DNA of 64,000 nucleotides. Source: Phaeodactylibacter sp. (GTDB lineage Bacteria; Bacteroidota; Bacteroidia; Chitinophagales; Saprospiraceae). The stretch lies in contig JAGQXQ010000110.1 in NCBI GenBank assembly GCA_020436535.1, positions 368 to 64,367 of the forward strand, in the 5' to 3' direction. The position numbers were made by a program, and so were the translations under genes. The notes under the pieces were generated by a model. That model made no database searches. It had not been told where the DNA came from and worked only from the letters and a program-made list of their open reading frames with translations. Numbering within the stretch: position 1 is the first letter of the stretch; every line of letters begins with the position of its first letter. Shown piece by piece: positions 16,153 to 25,096 of the stretch.

Positions 16153-17394
16153 CTAATTCTTTATCAAATAATTGATGGAGTTCTTTGCCATCGTTTCCAG
16201 GTTACCCTGGTATGCATTAATACCGTCCGGATTAATCTCAGACTCAGCGCCATTTTCACCGGTTGCATTCTGATTAAACTCCGCTCCGCCTACCCCATTG
16301 TAGATCACCCGGCCCTGGTACTCTCCGGAGGGCAAAAATTCCAACATGCCGGCCACCCGGTAATCGTTTTGCCAGTCCCATGAGCCTAGCCAAACCACGT
16401 CAAATTCAGAGGTGAATTCTTCGTAAATCCGCTCCACCGGCTGGTCGAATGGCTCGCCGTAGTAGTCAGGCAGTTTATCCATCATGTAGTTCCGGTCTTC
16501 CTTCCATCCCGGGCTGCTGACCGGGATCCATTTCTGGCTGCCATTGTCTTCAAACTGAATGCCTGCAAAGACGGGGTGGCTACTCATATCATGAATGGCA
16601 CCCGGCACCACCCCGATACCCCAGGTGTCAGGATTGTCAAAACCTGGGCCGCCGCCGCCGATAGCCGGCCCCAGGATCGTATTGGTGGGCATCCGGCCGG
16701 TCAGAAAGATCATCTGGCAACCGTATTGGTACAGGTACATGTTGCCTCCAGCTTTAAACCAGTCGGTGATAGCACCCAAAACATCCGGGTCGACCGCCAT
16801 AGGCGGCGTCCAGAAAGCAAGGGTTACCGGGTCGCCGTCCAGCAGCCACCAAAGAACTTTGATGTCATCGAGTACGGTTGGGTCTGCTTTAATATCGTCG
16901 AAGCTGACAAAACGGGTAACCTCCTTATCAAAAGTGTTGAAGAGCCACTCAGCAGCAGCCGACTCGTCATCATCGGTGATGGCGGCAGGGCTGGAATGGT
17001 GGCTTAAAAAACCTACAATACACAACACATCGGCCGAGACGGTATACGTACTGAACAGGTTGCCATTGGTGATGGTGTATTGCACCGGCGATGAAAGGTC
17101 AACGCTGGTACCGGAAGCGGGGGTGATAGAAGCGCCAGAGGAGATGCTTATATTCGGGGTGATGCTCTTCACGTCTGTACCACAAGGATACTTGAGCGTG
17201 ACCGTTTTGTTGCTTTCATTAATAATGACCTCATCCGCTCCATTGACGGTGAAATCTTGTATTAACAACTCCTTGTCAAAAATATCCAGGGTAATATCAT
17301 CCAGTTTTTCCTTTTTACAGGAGAAAAAAGACAATGCCAGGAGAAGGAGCAGGCCTAACTTGCCGGGCTGTATGTTTAAAAAATTCATGATCAT
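16153..17394 (-). CDS. Surface lipoprotein, DUF4960-like; candidate surface glycan-binding protein of the fructan PUL
   Basis: 413 aa. Lipoprotein signal LLLLLALSFFSC. It lies immediately downstream of SusD, the position occupied by the SGBP in Bacteroides fructan PULs. There is an N-terminal Ig-like segment (FTVNGADEVIINESNKTVTLKYPCGTDVKSITPNISIS) followed by a segment IVGFLSHHSSPAAITDDDESAAAEWL...IKVLWWLLDGD, which I recall as DUF4960-like. This has not been verified by HMM. Confidence 0.6.
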   Translation of the reverse strand: MIMNFLNIQPGKLGLLLLLALSFFSCKKEKLDDITLDIFDKELLIQDFTVNGADEVIINESNKTVTLKYPCGTDVKSITPNISISSGASITPASGTSVDLSSPVQYTITNGNLFSTYTVSADVLCIVGFLSHHSSPAAITDDDESAAAEWLFNTFDKEVTRFVSFDDIKADPTVLDDIKVLWWLLDGDPVTLAFWTPPMAVDPDVLGAITDWFKAGGNMYLYQYGCQMIFLTGRMPTNTILGPAIGGGGPGFDNPDTWGIGVVPGAIHDMSSHPVFAGIQFEDNGSQKWIPVSSPGWKEDRNYMMDKLPDYYGEPFDQPVERIYEEFTSEFDVVWLGSWDWQNDYRVAGMLEFLPSGEYQGRVIYNGVGGAEFNQNATGENGAESEINPDGINAYQGNLETMAKNSINYLIKN

Positions 17395-17481
17395 CTGTTT
17401 TTTTCACTTTGTTAAATAGATAGAAAATAAGGATTTATCCTGTAAAGAAAAAGCCGTGCAGGGTAAATGCCGTGTAAAACC

Positions 17482-19194
17482 CTAATATCCAGGGAGTTGC
17501 TGATACAATCCACCACTGATATTGATCTGCTGCTGAGGAATAGGCATATATTCATGATGCCCCTGTTCAAATATGGCGTCTTTCAGGTACTCCTTTCTGG
17601 TTTTCTCCACAGCCAGATAGGCGTCGATGGTTTCTTTGGCCACGCCCCAGCGCACCAGGTCGAAGAATCTCCAGCCTTCCAAACCCAGTTCCAAACGCCG
17701 TTCCAAACGCAATGCCTGGCGGGCATATTCCTGAGTCCAGTTGGAGCCGTCATATTGGCTGATATTGTAAATGGAAGCATTGTTAAGCCTGCCGGTGCTG
17801 TTGGCAGCTCGTTGCCGGATTTGGTTGATGATGGGCAGGGCTTCCATCTGGCGTCCCAACTCAATAAGGGCCTCGGCTTTCCACAACAGTACATCTGCGT
17901 AACGGATAAGGACCGTATTCATCGAAGAAATGGTGAACGGGCCATTGGCGGCGCGGCAGGGGCAATCAGGATGTACCAGTTCTTTCATGGAACCGAAGGC
18001 GCCATATACATTGGGCGCCCGTGCCCAGGCATTGCCATCGACGATCAAGCTGGGATCATATTTGAATGGCTTGCCATCCATATAGACGGTGTGGTCCAGG
18101 CGGGGGTCAACCGCGTCAACGGCCGGGTTGTAATTCGCATCATTGAAAGTGTCAAACAAGGGCAACCCATCAGAACCAGTTTTAAAGGCATTGACAAAGT
18201 TTTCAGTGGGCACGTGAAAACCACAGCATCCGAATTCTGCCGATTGTGGGTAGTTCAAAGCGGTGGACCAAGTGCCGCGCCCGTCGGGAGAACCATCATT
18301 GATAGATCTTTGAATTGCAAAAACGGATTCAGTGTTGTTTTCAAATTCCCAAAGGAAGTTCTCGGCGAAGTCTGCTACCAGGGCATATTGGCCGGAGGCT
18401 TCTATTTGATCCACCAGGCTAACCACTTCTTCCAGTTTGGCGTTGTCGATATTGATAACCTGATGCTTATCATCCTGCACATAAGCCTGGTAAAGCAGTG
18501 CCTTGGCCAGGTAGGCCATAGCGGTAAACTTATTGACCCGGCCTACCTCCGGCTGTGTTTCGGGCAGATTGCTGACCCCAAACCGGAATTCATCTGCAAT
18601 TTTAGTCCACAGTTCCTGGTCGGATAGGGCAACATTGGAAATCTTCGTGATCTCGTCGTCCGGGACAGTCTCATCAAAATAGGGCACAAGCTTATGATGA
18701 ATCTTCAGGTCAAAATAGAAGTGCCCCCGCAGAAAACGAAGCTCCGCCTGGCGCACGGCTTTTAATGGAAAATCCGCTTCGCTTACTTCATTGAGCACTC
18801 TCAAAGCCGAATTGCAGCGAACAATGCCGGTATACTGCCGCTGCCATTTATTGTTGTTGTGGTCGGTGAAATCCGGCGGATAAGAAGACATATCGGCAAT
18901 GATCAGTGGGTAAACCGACAAGGCGTGGTAGATAAAAATGTCGCCGGGCCCGTTGCCGCCCTTATGGGCGTCGCCCGCTCTGAGGTTGCCGGTAGTCCAC
19001 AAATAGTTTGGCGCCGTGTAGTGGTCGTTGCCCAACCAGGAATAAGCCGCTATAACCAGCCGGTCGATGTTGTCGAGCGTTTTCACCTGGTCTTCACTGA
19101 GCACCGCCTTGGGCGTCTCGTCGAGAAAATCTTTACAGCCGAACAAGCTGGCCGCCAGCACCGCTAGGATGAAGTATTTTTTAATATTTCTCAT
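17482..19194 (-). CDS. SusD/RagB-family nutrient-binding outer-membrane lipoprotein
   Basis: 570 aa. Lipoprotein signal ILAVLAASLFGC followed by KDFLDETPKAVLSEDQV, typical of SusD N-termini. It lies 19 nt downstream of SusC. Confidence 0.9.
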   Translation of the reverse strand: MRNIKKYFILAVLAASLFGCKDFLDETPKAVLSEDQVKTLDNIDRLVIAAYSWLGNDHYTAPNYLWTTGNLRAGDAHKGGNGPGDIFIYHALSVYPLIIADMSSYPPDFTDHNNNKWQRQYTGIVRCNSALRVLNEVSEADFPLKAVRQAELRFLRGHFYFDLKIHHKLVPYFDETVPDDEITKISNVALSDQELWTKIADEFRFGVSNLPETQPEVGRVNKFTAMAYLAKALLYQAYVQDDKHQVINIDNAKLEEVVSLVDQIEASGQYALVADFAENFLWEFENNTESVFAIQRSINDGSPDGRGTWSTALNYPQSAEFGCCGFHVPTENFVNAFKTGSDGLPLFDTFNDANYNPAVDAVDPRLDHTVYMDGKPFKYDPSLIVDGNAWARAPNVYGAFGSMKELVHPDCPCRAANGPFTISSMNTVLIRYADVLLWKAEALIELGRQMEALPIINQIRQRAANSTGRLNNASIYNISQYDGSNWTQEYARQALRLERRLELGLEGWRFFDLVRWGVAKETIDAYLAVEKTRKEYLKDAIFEQGHHEYMPIPQQQINISGGLYQQLPGY

Positions 19195-19213
19195 GGTCAG
19201 AATTTTTAGAAAT

Positions 19214-22200
19214 TTAAAAGGTTAGACTAAGGCCAAAGGTCACCCTTTGGGGCACCGGAAAGGTAGCGCTAGGCGCTTCGGGATCCTGAGCGATCGTTTC
19301 GCTGGGTTTTATCGTCAGCAGGTTTTGCCCCTGGACGTAAAACCGGGCGTTTTGCATGCCAAATCTTTTAATAAGGGATTCCGGCGGCGTATAGCCCAGT
19401 GTGAGATTCCTGAGTTTCAGATAAGAGCCGGGCTCCCAATAATAGGAAGATTCCCGTGCCTCGTTATTGTTGTCCACTAACGTCAGGGCGGGGATACTGG
19501 AGTTGGGGTTTTGAGGCGACCAGGCCTCCAGGGTCCGCCCTCCATAATTGGAGCCTACGTTGAGTGAAGTGAAATCGGTAAATAACTTCCAGCCGTTCCG
19601 GATCTCCCCGCCGGAAACCCCCTGGAAGAAGACGGCCAGGTCAAAGCCTTTGTAAGCGATGTTGAAATTCATTCCGTAGATGAAATCCGGATTATCGAAA
19701 ATGGCAAAGAAGTCCTGGTCTTCGTCATTGATCTCTCCATCATTGTTCAAGTCCATGTATCTGATCCTGCCGGGCGCTGCGCCGGATTGGGTGGCGTGGT
19801 CATCCACTTCCCCCTGGTTTTGAAAGATGCCATCAAATATAAAGCCGTAAACCGAATTGACCGAACGGCCCAGAATGGTCTTGTCCTGCCCGTTGCCCGG
19901 GAAAGAATTCACGACTTCTTCCGGTAGGGCGATGACCTCGTTCTTGGCAGTAGACAGGTTGCCTGATATATCTAGCCGGAGTTTTCCTATTTTGCCCTGG
20001 TAGCCGAGCAGGAACTCCAGGCCGGAATTCTCTACTGTTCCGCCATTTACAATCCGCTGCGCGCCTTCTCCTTCCGTTGCCAGCGGAACGGTCGTGGTCA
20101 GGATGTCTTTTGTCTCTTTTGTGAAATAATCAACGCTGCCGTAGAGCTTGTAGTCGAGCAAGCTGAAATCCACACCAAAGTTAGTCTGGGTAGAAGTTTC
20201 CCATTTCAGGTCCGGGTTGGCGCTTTGTATCCGGGCAAAGCCGGAGGGCAGCGTACCCTGGTCGGCGCCGTTGATGTCATAAGCAGTGCCATTGTCCTGA
20301 TTGGCGCCGCCAAACAGGGAAGTCGTGGCATAACGGGGAGCAAAAATGGCGTATTGGGCCAGGGTGCTGATTTCCTGGTTGCCGTTCTGGCCCCAGCTGG
20401 CTCTAACCTTCAGGTCAGAAATAGCATTTACATCGATCAATTCACTGATCCGGATACCGGCGGAGGCTGCCGGGAAAACGCCCCAGCGATTGTTTGAACC
20501 GAAACGGGAAGAGCCGTCCCGGCGTACGGTTCCCGATAGCAGCAGGGTATTGTTGTACACGTAATCTACTTTGCCGAAGTAAGACTGTAACGCCCAGCTG
20601 TCGCCGCCGCCATTAACCAACTGGCCGGTGGTGCCCTGAGAAAGAAAGGCAAAGTCGCGGTCCTGTGAAGCAAAACCTTGAGCTACCCCTTCGAAAGATT
20701 CAGCATTATATTTAATGGATTCAGTACCAGCCAGGAAGTTGAAGTCATGCCGGTTCGCCAGGTTCAGATGATAGGTGGCGGTATTAGACCACACCCAGTT
20801 TCCGTAGCGGTTGTTAAAGGTAGACAGGCGGTCTTCAAAGTTGAGGCTGCCCGCTGTGAAAGCTTTCCGGAAGTTCCGGTTGTAGAAAAAGTTATACTCG
20901 ACCCCAAAGCTAGAGCGCAAGTTGAGACCGGGTAGAGGGGTTAATTCTACAAATAAGTTGCCCAGTACTTTATTGAAGTTGGATGTATTATCTTTGTTCA
21001 TTTCGATCAGGCGTACCGGATTATCCCGGTCGGTGATACCGCCGGTGGGGCCGCCCCAGCCCAACCCATCTGCCGTCCTGATCGGAACGATGGTCTGCTG
21101 CTCGATGGATAACCCTATTGCGCCCTCAGCCAGATCGTTTACCTGGTTGGCCTGCTGGTTGGTCAGCGTAAGGTTTTCACCGATCTTCAGCATTCCCGGA
21201 ATGATGTTGTAATCCGAATTGAGCCGCACGGTATAGCGTTCAAATTGAGACTCTTTGACAACACCCTGGTGGTTGTAGTACCCGCCGGAGAGGTAGTACT
21301 GGCCTCTCTCGCTGCTGTTGGAAACGGCGAGGTTATAATCTTGCAACACGGAGGTTTGGGTAATTTCGTCGAACCAATCGGTATTCGCAGGATTCATGGT
21401 CCGGCGGCCGTCGATAAACTCCGGCAGCAAGATCTTATTCAGCTGAGGATTATTGAAATCCCCGTTCCAGTCGTACCGGTACAACGGGCTGGCGTTGTTC
21501 GGGTTGGTGCCGTCGTTGACCGCTGCTTGCCATACGACTGCGGCCCGCTGTTCCGTATTCAGCGGATTCACTTCATAGCTGAAGTTTTCGGCCGATACAT
21601 TCGCTCTCAGGTTTACCCGAACCTGGCCTGCCCGCCCCTTCTTAGTCGTGATGATGATCACCCCATTGGCGGCGCGAGACCCATAAATACTGGCTGAAGC
21701 GGCGTCTCGTAACACTTGCAAGGATTCTATATCATTGGGGTTGAGCTCGTGCATACCCGAAATGGTAGGAATGCCATCGACTACATACAGCGGATTATTG
21801 AAGCCCAGGCGGCCCAGGCCAACCCCTCTGATCCGGACATTAGCGGTGGAGTTTGGATTTCCGTTCGCGGTGATGTTAACCCCCGGTATCCGCCCCTGTA
21901 AATTTTTCATGGCATTGCCCGCCGGCAGGGTCTCCACTTCCTTTATGTCAACGGCCGTCACCGCACCGGTCAGGTCGGCTTTTCGTTGAGTGGTATATCC
22001 AACGACCACTACCTCATCCAGCACTGTTCCGGAAGACAAGGCTACATTCAAAGAGTTGACACCTTCAATAGATACCTGTTGTGGGGTGTAGCCAGTGTAG
22101 GAAATGGTCAAAGAAGCAGCATCCTCCGGAACCTCCAGCGAGAAGTTTCCGTCAAAATCGGTAACGGTTCCGGATGAAGTTCCGGTAACAACTATATTGG

Positions 22201-22318
22201 CGCCAATGAGCGTCTCATTGGTTTCTGCATCAGTCACCGTCCCCGTAATCGTCCGCTGGGCGTACGAGAACTGCAGGCCAAACAGCAAACAGCCTAGTGT
22301 GAGTAATTTAATTCTCAT
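19214..22318 (-). CDS. SusC-family TonB-dependent outer-membrane transporter
   Basis: 1034 aa. Signal peptide, then a carboxypeptidase-regulatory-like N-domain (ITGTVTDAETNETLIGANIVV...DFDGNFSLEV). Plug region LDEVVVVGYTTQRKADLTGAV...RGVG. Terminal aromatic residue ...FGLSLTF. Paired with SusD. Confidence 0.9.
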   Translation of the reverse strand: MRIKLLTLGCLLFGLQFSYAQRTITGTVTDAETNETLIGANIVVTGTSSGTVTDFDGNFSLEVPEDAASLTISYTGYTPQQVSIEGVNSLNVALSSGTVLDEVVVVGYTTQRKADLTGAVTAVDIKEVETLPAGNAMKNLQGRIPGVNITANGNPNSTANVRIRGVGLGRLGFNNPLYVVDGIPTISGMHELNPNDIESLQVLRDAASASIYGSRAANGVIIITTKKGRAGQVRVNLRANVSAENFSYEVNPLNTEQRAAVVWQAAVNDGTNPNNASPLYRYDWNGDFNNPQLNKILLPEFIDGRRTMNPANTDWFDEITQTSVLQDYNLAVSNSSERGQYYLSGGYYNHQGVVKESQFERYTVRLNSDYNIIPGMLKIGENLTLTNQQANQVNDLAEGAIGLSIEQQTIVPIRTADGLGWGGPTGGITDRDNPVRLIEMNKDNTSNFNKVLGNLFVELTPLPGLNLRSSFGVEYNFFYNRNFRKAFTAGSLNFEDRLSTFNNRYGNWVWSNTATYHLNLANRHDFNFLAGTESIKYNAESFEGVAQGFASQDRDFAFLSQGTTGQLVNGGGDSWALQSYFGKVDYVYNNTLLLSGTVRRDGSSRFGSNNRWGVFPAASAGIRISELIDVNAISDLKVRASWGQNGNQEISTLAQYAIFAPRYATTSLFGGANQDNGTAYDINGADQGTLPSGFARIQSANPDLKWETSTQTNFGVDFSLLDYKLYGSVDYFTKETKDILTTTVPLATEGEGAQRIVNGGTVENSGLEFLLGYQGKIGKLRLDISGNLSTAKNEVIALPEEVVNSFPGNGQDKTILGRSVNSVYGFIFDGIFQNQGEVDDHATQSGAAPGRIRYMDLNNDGEINDEDQDFFAIFDNPDFIYGMNFNIAYKGFDLAVFFQGVSGGEIRNGWKLFTDFTSLNVGSNYGGRTLEAWSPQNPNSSIPALTLVDNNNEARESSYYWEPGSYLKLRNLTLGYTPPESLIKRFGMQNARFYVQGQNLLTIKPSETIAQDPEAPSATFPVPQRVTFGLSLTF

Positions 22319-22465
22319 GGTGAAATGGTTTATTAATAAATGGACTTAAAGTTTCTGTTTGAGGTACACTTAACAAGTTTTGACGAGAGAGCTTATTCGA
22401 AACTTGTCAAGTCTTCCGTGCTTACCCTGTAACAGGGCAATAAAATGGCTGGCCGCCTTAAGCAG

Positions 22466-22473
22466 CAAAAGTA
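22466..22473 (-). promoter_or_regulatory. Candidate Bacteroidota -7 promoter box (TACTTTTG, consensus TAnnTTTG) for the susC operon
   Basis: Forward caaaagta is TACTTTTG on the minus strand, about 150 nt upstream of the susC ATG and about 30 nt downstream of the fructokinase stop. This is a motif match only. Confidence 0.2.
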
Positions 22474-22502
22474 TACTTTGTGAGGAGTAATGAAGTTTTT
22501 CT

Positions 22503-23390
22503 TTAGCTAATTCTCGCAATCATCGCTTCTACATCCTGCTGCGTGATCGCCGGAGTGCCCCCCTTGTGGGTGGCTACCAACGCGCCCGTAGCGCAGGCAA
22601 ACTGCAAAGCTTCCTGTATCGGCGCTTCCTTCAGGTATTTTACCAGAAAACCCGCCAGGAAGGAGTCTCCGCTGCCGATGGTGTCCTGCACGGTAACGGG
22701 AATGGCCGATTGGCGGTACACGTTTTCCGGCTCCACCAATAAGGCGCCTTTGCTGCCAATAGTCATAATGATGGACTTCAGCCCATAACGCTGTAGCAAA
22801 GCCTGAGCGCCAGCGATATCTCCCTGCCCTCCGTGCCAGCCGGCGATGATCTCCAGTTCTTCTTCGTTTACCTTCACGATATCGGATTTGGAAAGCAGTT
22901 CTTCCAGCAATTCTCTGGAGTAAAAGGGAGGGCGGAGGTTGACATCAAATACTTTCAAAACCGCTACATCGAGCAGATCCATCAGCGTCTTTTTCGTTCG
23001 TTCAGTGCGGCACGCCAGGCTGCCAAATGCCAGCGCGGCGGCTTTTTTCACAGCTTTCTCCGCTTCTTTTGAAGAATGGATAAAATCCCAGGCGACCGGC
23101 TGGACAATTTCGTAAGAAGGCGAATTTTTATCGTCCAGTTCGACTTTAACCACGCCGGTCGGGAACGTATGGTCCACCTGTATCAGATCAGTCGAAACGC
23201 CTTTGCCTTTCAGGAAATCGAGCAATTCCCTGCCTAGGTCGTCGGCCCCTACTTTACTCACCATTTTGGAGGCCAACCCCAGGTTAGTAGCATGGACGGC
23301 TACGTTCATCGGCGCTCCTCCTGGAAGTTTCCCCGAAGGCAACAAGTCCCAGAGCACTTCTCCGAAGCATATCAGTGTTTGGTTAGGCAT
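22503..23390 (-). CDS. Fructokinase (PfkB/ribokinase family)
   Basis: 295 aa. N-terminus LICFGEVLWDLLPSGKLPGGAPMNVA, typical of bacterial fructokinases. PfkB signature DTIGSGDSFLAGFL. Sits in a fructan PUL context. Confidence 0.85.
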   Translation of the reverse strand: MPNQTLICFGEVLWDLLPSGKLPGGAPMNVAVHATNLGLASKMVSKVGADDLGRELLDFLKGKGVSTDLIQVDHTFPTGVVKVELDDKNSPSYEIVQPVAWDFIHSSKEAEKAVKKAAALAFGSLACRTERTKKTLMDLLDVAVLKVFDVNLRPPFYSRELLEELLSKSDIVKVNEEELEIIAGWHGGQGDIAGAQALLQRYGLKSIIMTIGSKGALLVEPENVYRQSAIPVTVQDTIGSGDSFLAGFLVKYLKEAPIQEALQFACATGALVATHKGGTPAITQQDVEAMIARIS

Positions 23391-23471
23391 GATCGGATTC
23401 TTTAAAAAGAAGTTCGGAAGAGGGAACTCCCGATACTCCGGTATATAATGTATGAAACAAACTTAATCTTT

Positions 23472-24830
23472 CTAGACCAACTCTTCCTGTACGGCGCCGC
23501 CCACCGGTTTGATCAGTTGCTTCTGCAGCTCTTCCAGCGAAACGCCTTTGGTTTCGGGCATCAGTTTGTATACATAAAGCAATTGCAGGACCATCATGAA
23601 GGCGAAGAAACTGAATACATAACCGGGATTGCTCGCATTAACCAGTACCACCGGGAGAAAGACGGTGATCACAGCTGCCGATATCCAGTGGGTAAAACTG
23701 CCCAGCGATTGTCCTTTGGCCCGCAGATGATTGGGGAAAATCTCGGAAATAAATACCCATATCACCGTCCCCTGCCCTATGGCGTGAGCTGCAATAAACA
23801 GGAAGAAAAAAATGGGCACCGTTATGCCATGCCAATTCATAAAGAAGGCGGAGGAAACCAGGCTGAGCGATACGATGTAACCAAAAGACCCGATGTACAT
23901 GAGTACTTTGCGGCCTAAACGGTCGATTAAATATAACCCCAGTAACGTGAAAACCATATTGATTATGCCAATGCCGATGCTGCTGAGCAAAGCGGTGTTT
24001 GCCCCGAGCCCTGCCGTTTCAAATATCCTCGGAGCATAATACAGAAAAGCATTGATGCCGGACATCTGGTTGAAAAACGCGATCAGGAAGGCCAGAACTA
24101 CCGGGAAGCGGTACCGGGGGTTGAAGAGGCTTTCACTTTTATCCGTGCTGTTTTCCTCTGCCACCATAGCATCGAGGGCATGCTCGATATCAGCACTCGG
24201 ATTAATGGCTCGCAGCACTTTTCCTGCCTCCACCCGGTCGTTGTTGTGGAGCATTAACCAGCGAGGGCTGCGGGGTATGGTCAGGACCATTAGGGTGTAG
24301 ATAAAAGCCGGAAAGGCCTCTACTCCGATCATCCACCGCCAGGCATTCTCGCCGATATCTTTCAACAAGTAATTGGAAATGAAAGCGATCAATATGCCGA
24401 AAACAATATTGAACTGGTAAAGCGCCACCAGTTTCCCCCGGTTTTCCGGAGGGGCGATCTCGGAAACATAAGCGGGGGCGGCAATAGTGGAAGCCCCTAC
24501 GCCCAAACCGCCAATGAAGCGGAAAAAAGAAAAAGTATAGGGGTCGGATACCACCGCGCAGCCTGCCGCCGAAATGAAGTACAATACCCCGATCCAGAAA
24601 AGGGTTCGCTTCCGGCCCAGGCGGTCGGCAGGAATATTCCCGAACAAAGCACCGATTACCGTGCCCCACAACGCCATAGACATCACGACAAAGCCGTGAA
24701 ACAACGAACTTGTTTGCCATAAGGCCTCCAATTGCTTATCCGCTCCTGAAATAACAACCGTATCAAAACCAAACAGGAAACCGGCTAATGCGACGGTGAT
24801 GGCCCAGAAAAAAACTTTGCGGTGATTCAT
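23472..24830 (-). CDS. MFS sugar porter (sugar:H+ symporter family), probable fructose importer
   Basis: Sugar-porter motifs: DRLGRKRTL, PRSPRWL, PETKGVSLEE. About 12 hydrophobic segments. The track start at 24854 is TTG; the ATG at 24828-24830 (MNHRKVFFWAITVALAGFLFGFD) is preferred. Confidence 0.85.
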   Translation of the reverse strand: MNHRKVFFWAITVALAGFLFGFDTVVISGADKQLEALWQTSSLFHGFVVMSMALWGTVIGALFGNIPADRLGRKRTLFWIGVLYFISAAGCAVVSDPYTFSFFRFIGGLGVGASTIAAPAYVSEIAPPENRGKLVALYQFNIVFGILIAFISNYLLKDIGENAWRWMIGVEAFPAFIYTLMVLTIPRSPRWLMLHNNDRVEAGKVLRAINPSADIEHALDAMVAEENSTDKSESLFNPRYRFPVVLAFLIAFFNQMSGINAFLYYAPRIFETAGLGANTALLSSIGIGIINMVFTLLGLYLIDRLGRKVLMYIGSFGYIVSLSLVSSAFFMNWHGITVPIFFFLFIAAHAIGQGTVIWVFISEIFPNHLRAKGQSLGSFTHWISAAVITVFLPVVLVNASNPGYVFSFFAFMMVLQLLYVYKLMPETKGVSLEELQKQLIKPVGGAVQEELV

Positions 24831-24851
24831 TTTGTATGTTTTCCGTTTTAA

Positions 24852-24859
24852 CAAATTTA
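24852..24859 (-). promoter_or_regulatory. Candidate Bacteroidota -7 promoter box (TAAATTTG) for the MFS porter/fructokinase unit
   Basis: Forward caaattta is TAAATTTG on the minus strand, 22-29 nt upstream of ATG 24830. This is a motif match only. If real, it argues against the TTG start at 24854. Confidence 0.25.
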
Positions 24860-24999
24860 CTACAATGCCTCGTGACCAAACTGTAGGATCGTTCCAAATT
24901 TCTTCAAATAAGTTGCATTATATTTTGACTACACAAATCCTTGTAAAACAATGTTTTAAACTTAGTGTTTGAATCACAAAAAGTCAATAAATCTTGGAT

Positions 25000-25028
25000 A
25001 TTGTTGCGCTGATCCAGACAATTGTTGC
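25000..25028. repeat. Direct repeat ATTGTTGC-N13-ATTGTTGC (21-bp periodicity) in the HTCS/MFS intergenic region
   Basis: attgttgc occurs at 25000-25007 and again at 25021-25028. This is about 170-200 nt upstream of the MFS start and about 70 nt downstream of the HTCS stop. Confidence 0.4.
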
Positions 25029-25096
25029 ATCAAAATTGCACAAATCTGATAGAAATTCTCAATAAGATTTTAAAAGGCGAGGGCAAATCCGTATCA

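Noticed and set aside
16595-17419. 274-aa plus-strand ORF. Similar long antisense ORFs occur at 26348-27070, 28697-29485, 37490-38167, 39855-40475, 40788-41393, 42622-43281, 12057-12605 and 2078-2578.
   Set aside because: All lie inside and opposite to genes with clear family motifs, and their translations are compositionally odd with no motifs.
17467-18627. 386-aa plus-strand ORF
   Set aside because: It lies entirely antisense to the well-supported SusD gene. It has a low-complexity Gly/Val/Ala-rich translation, no motifs and no signal. It is a typical shadow ORF of a GC-balanced coding region.
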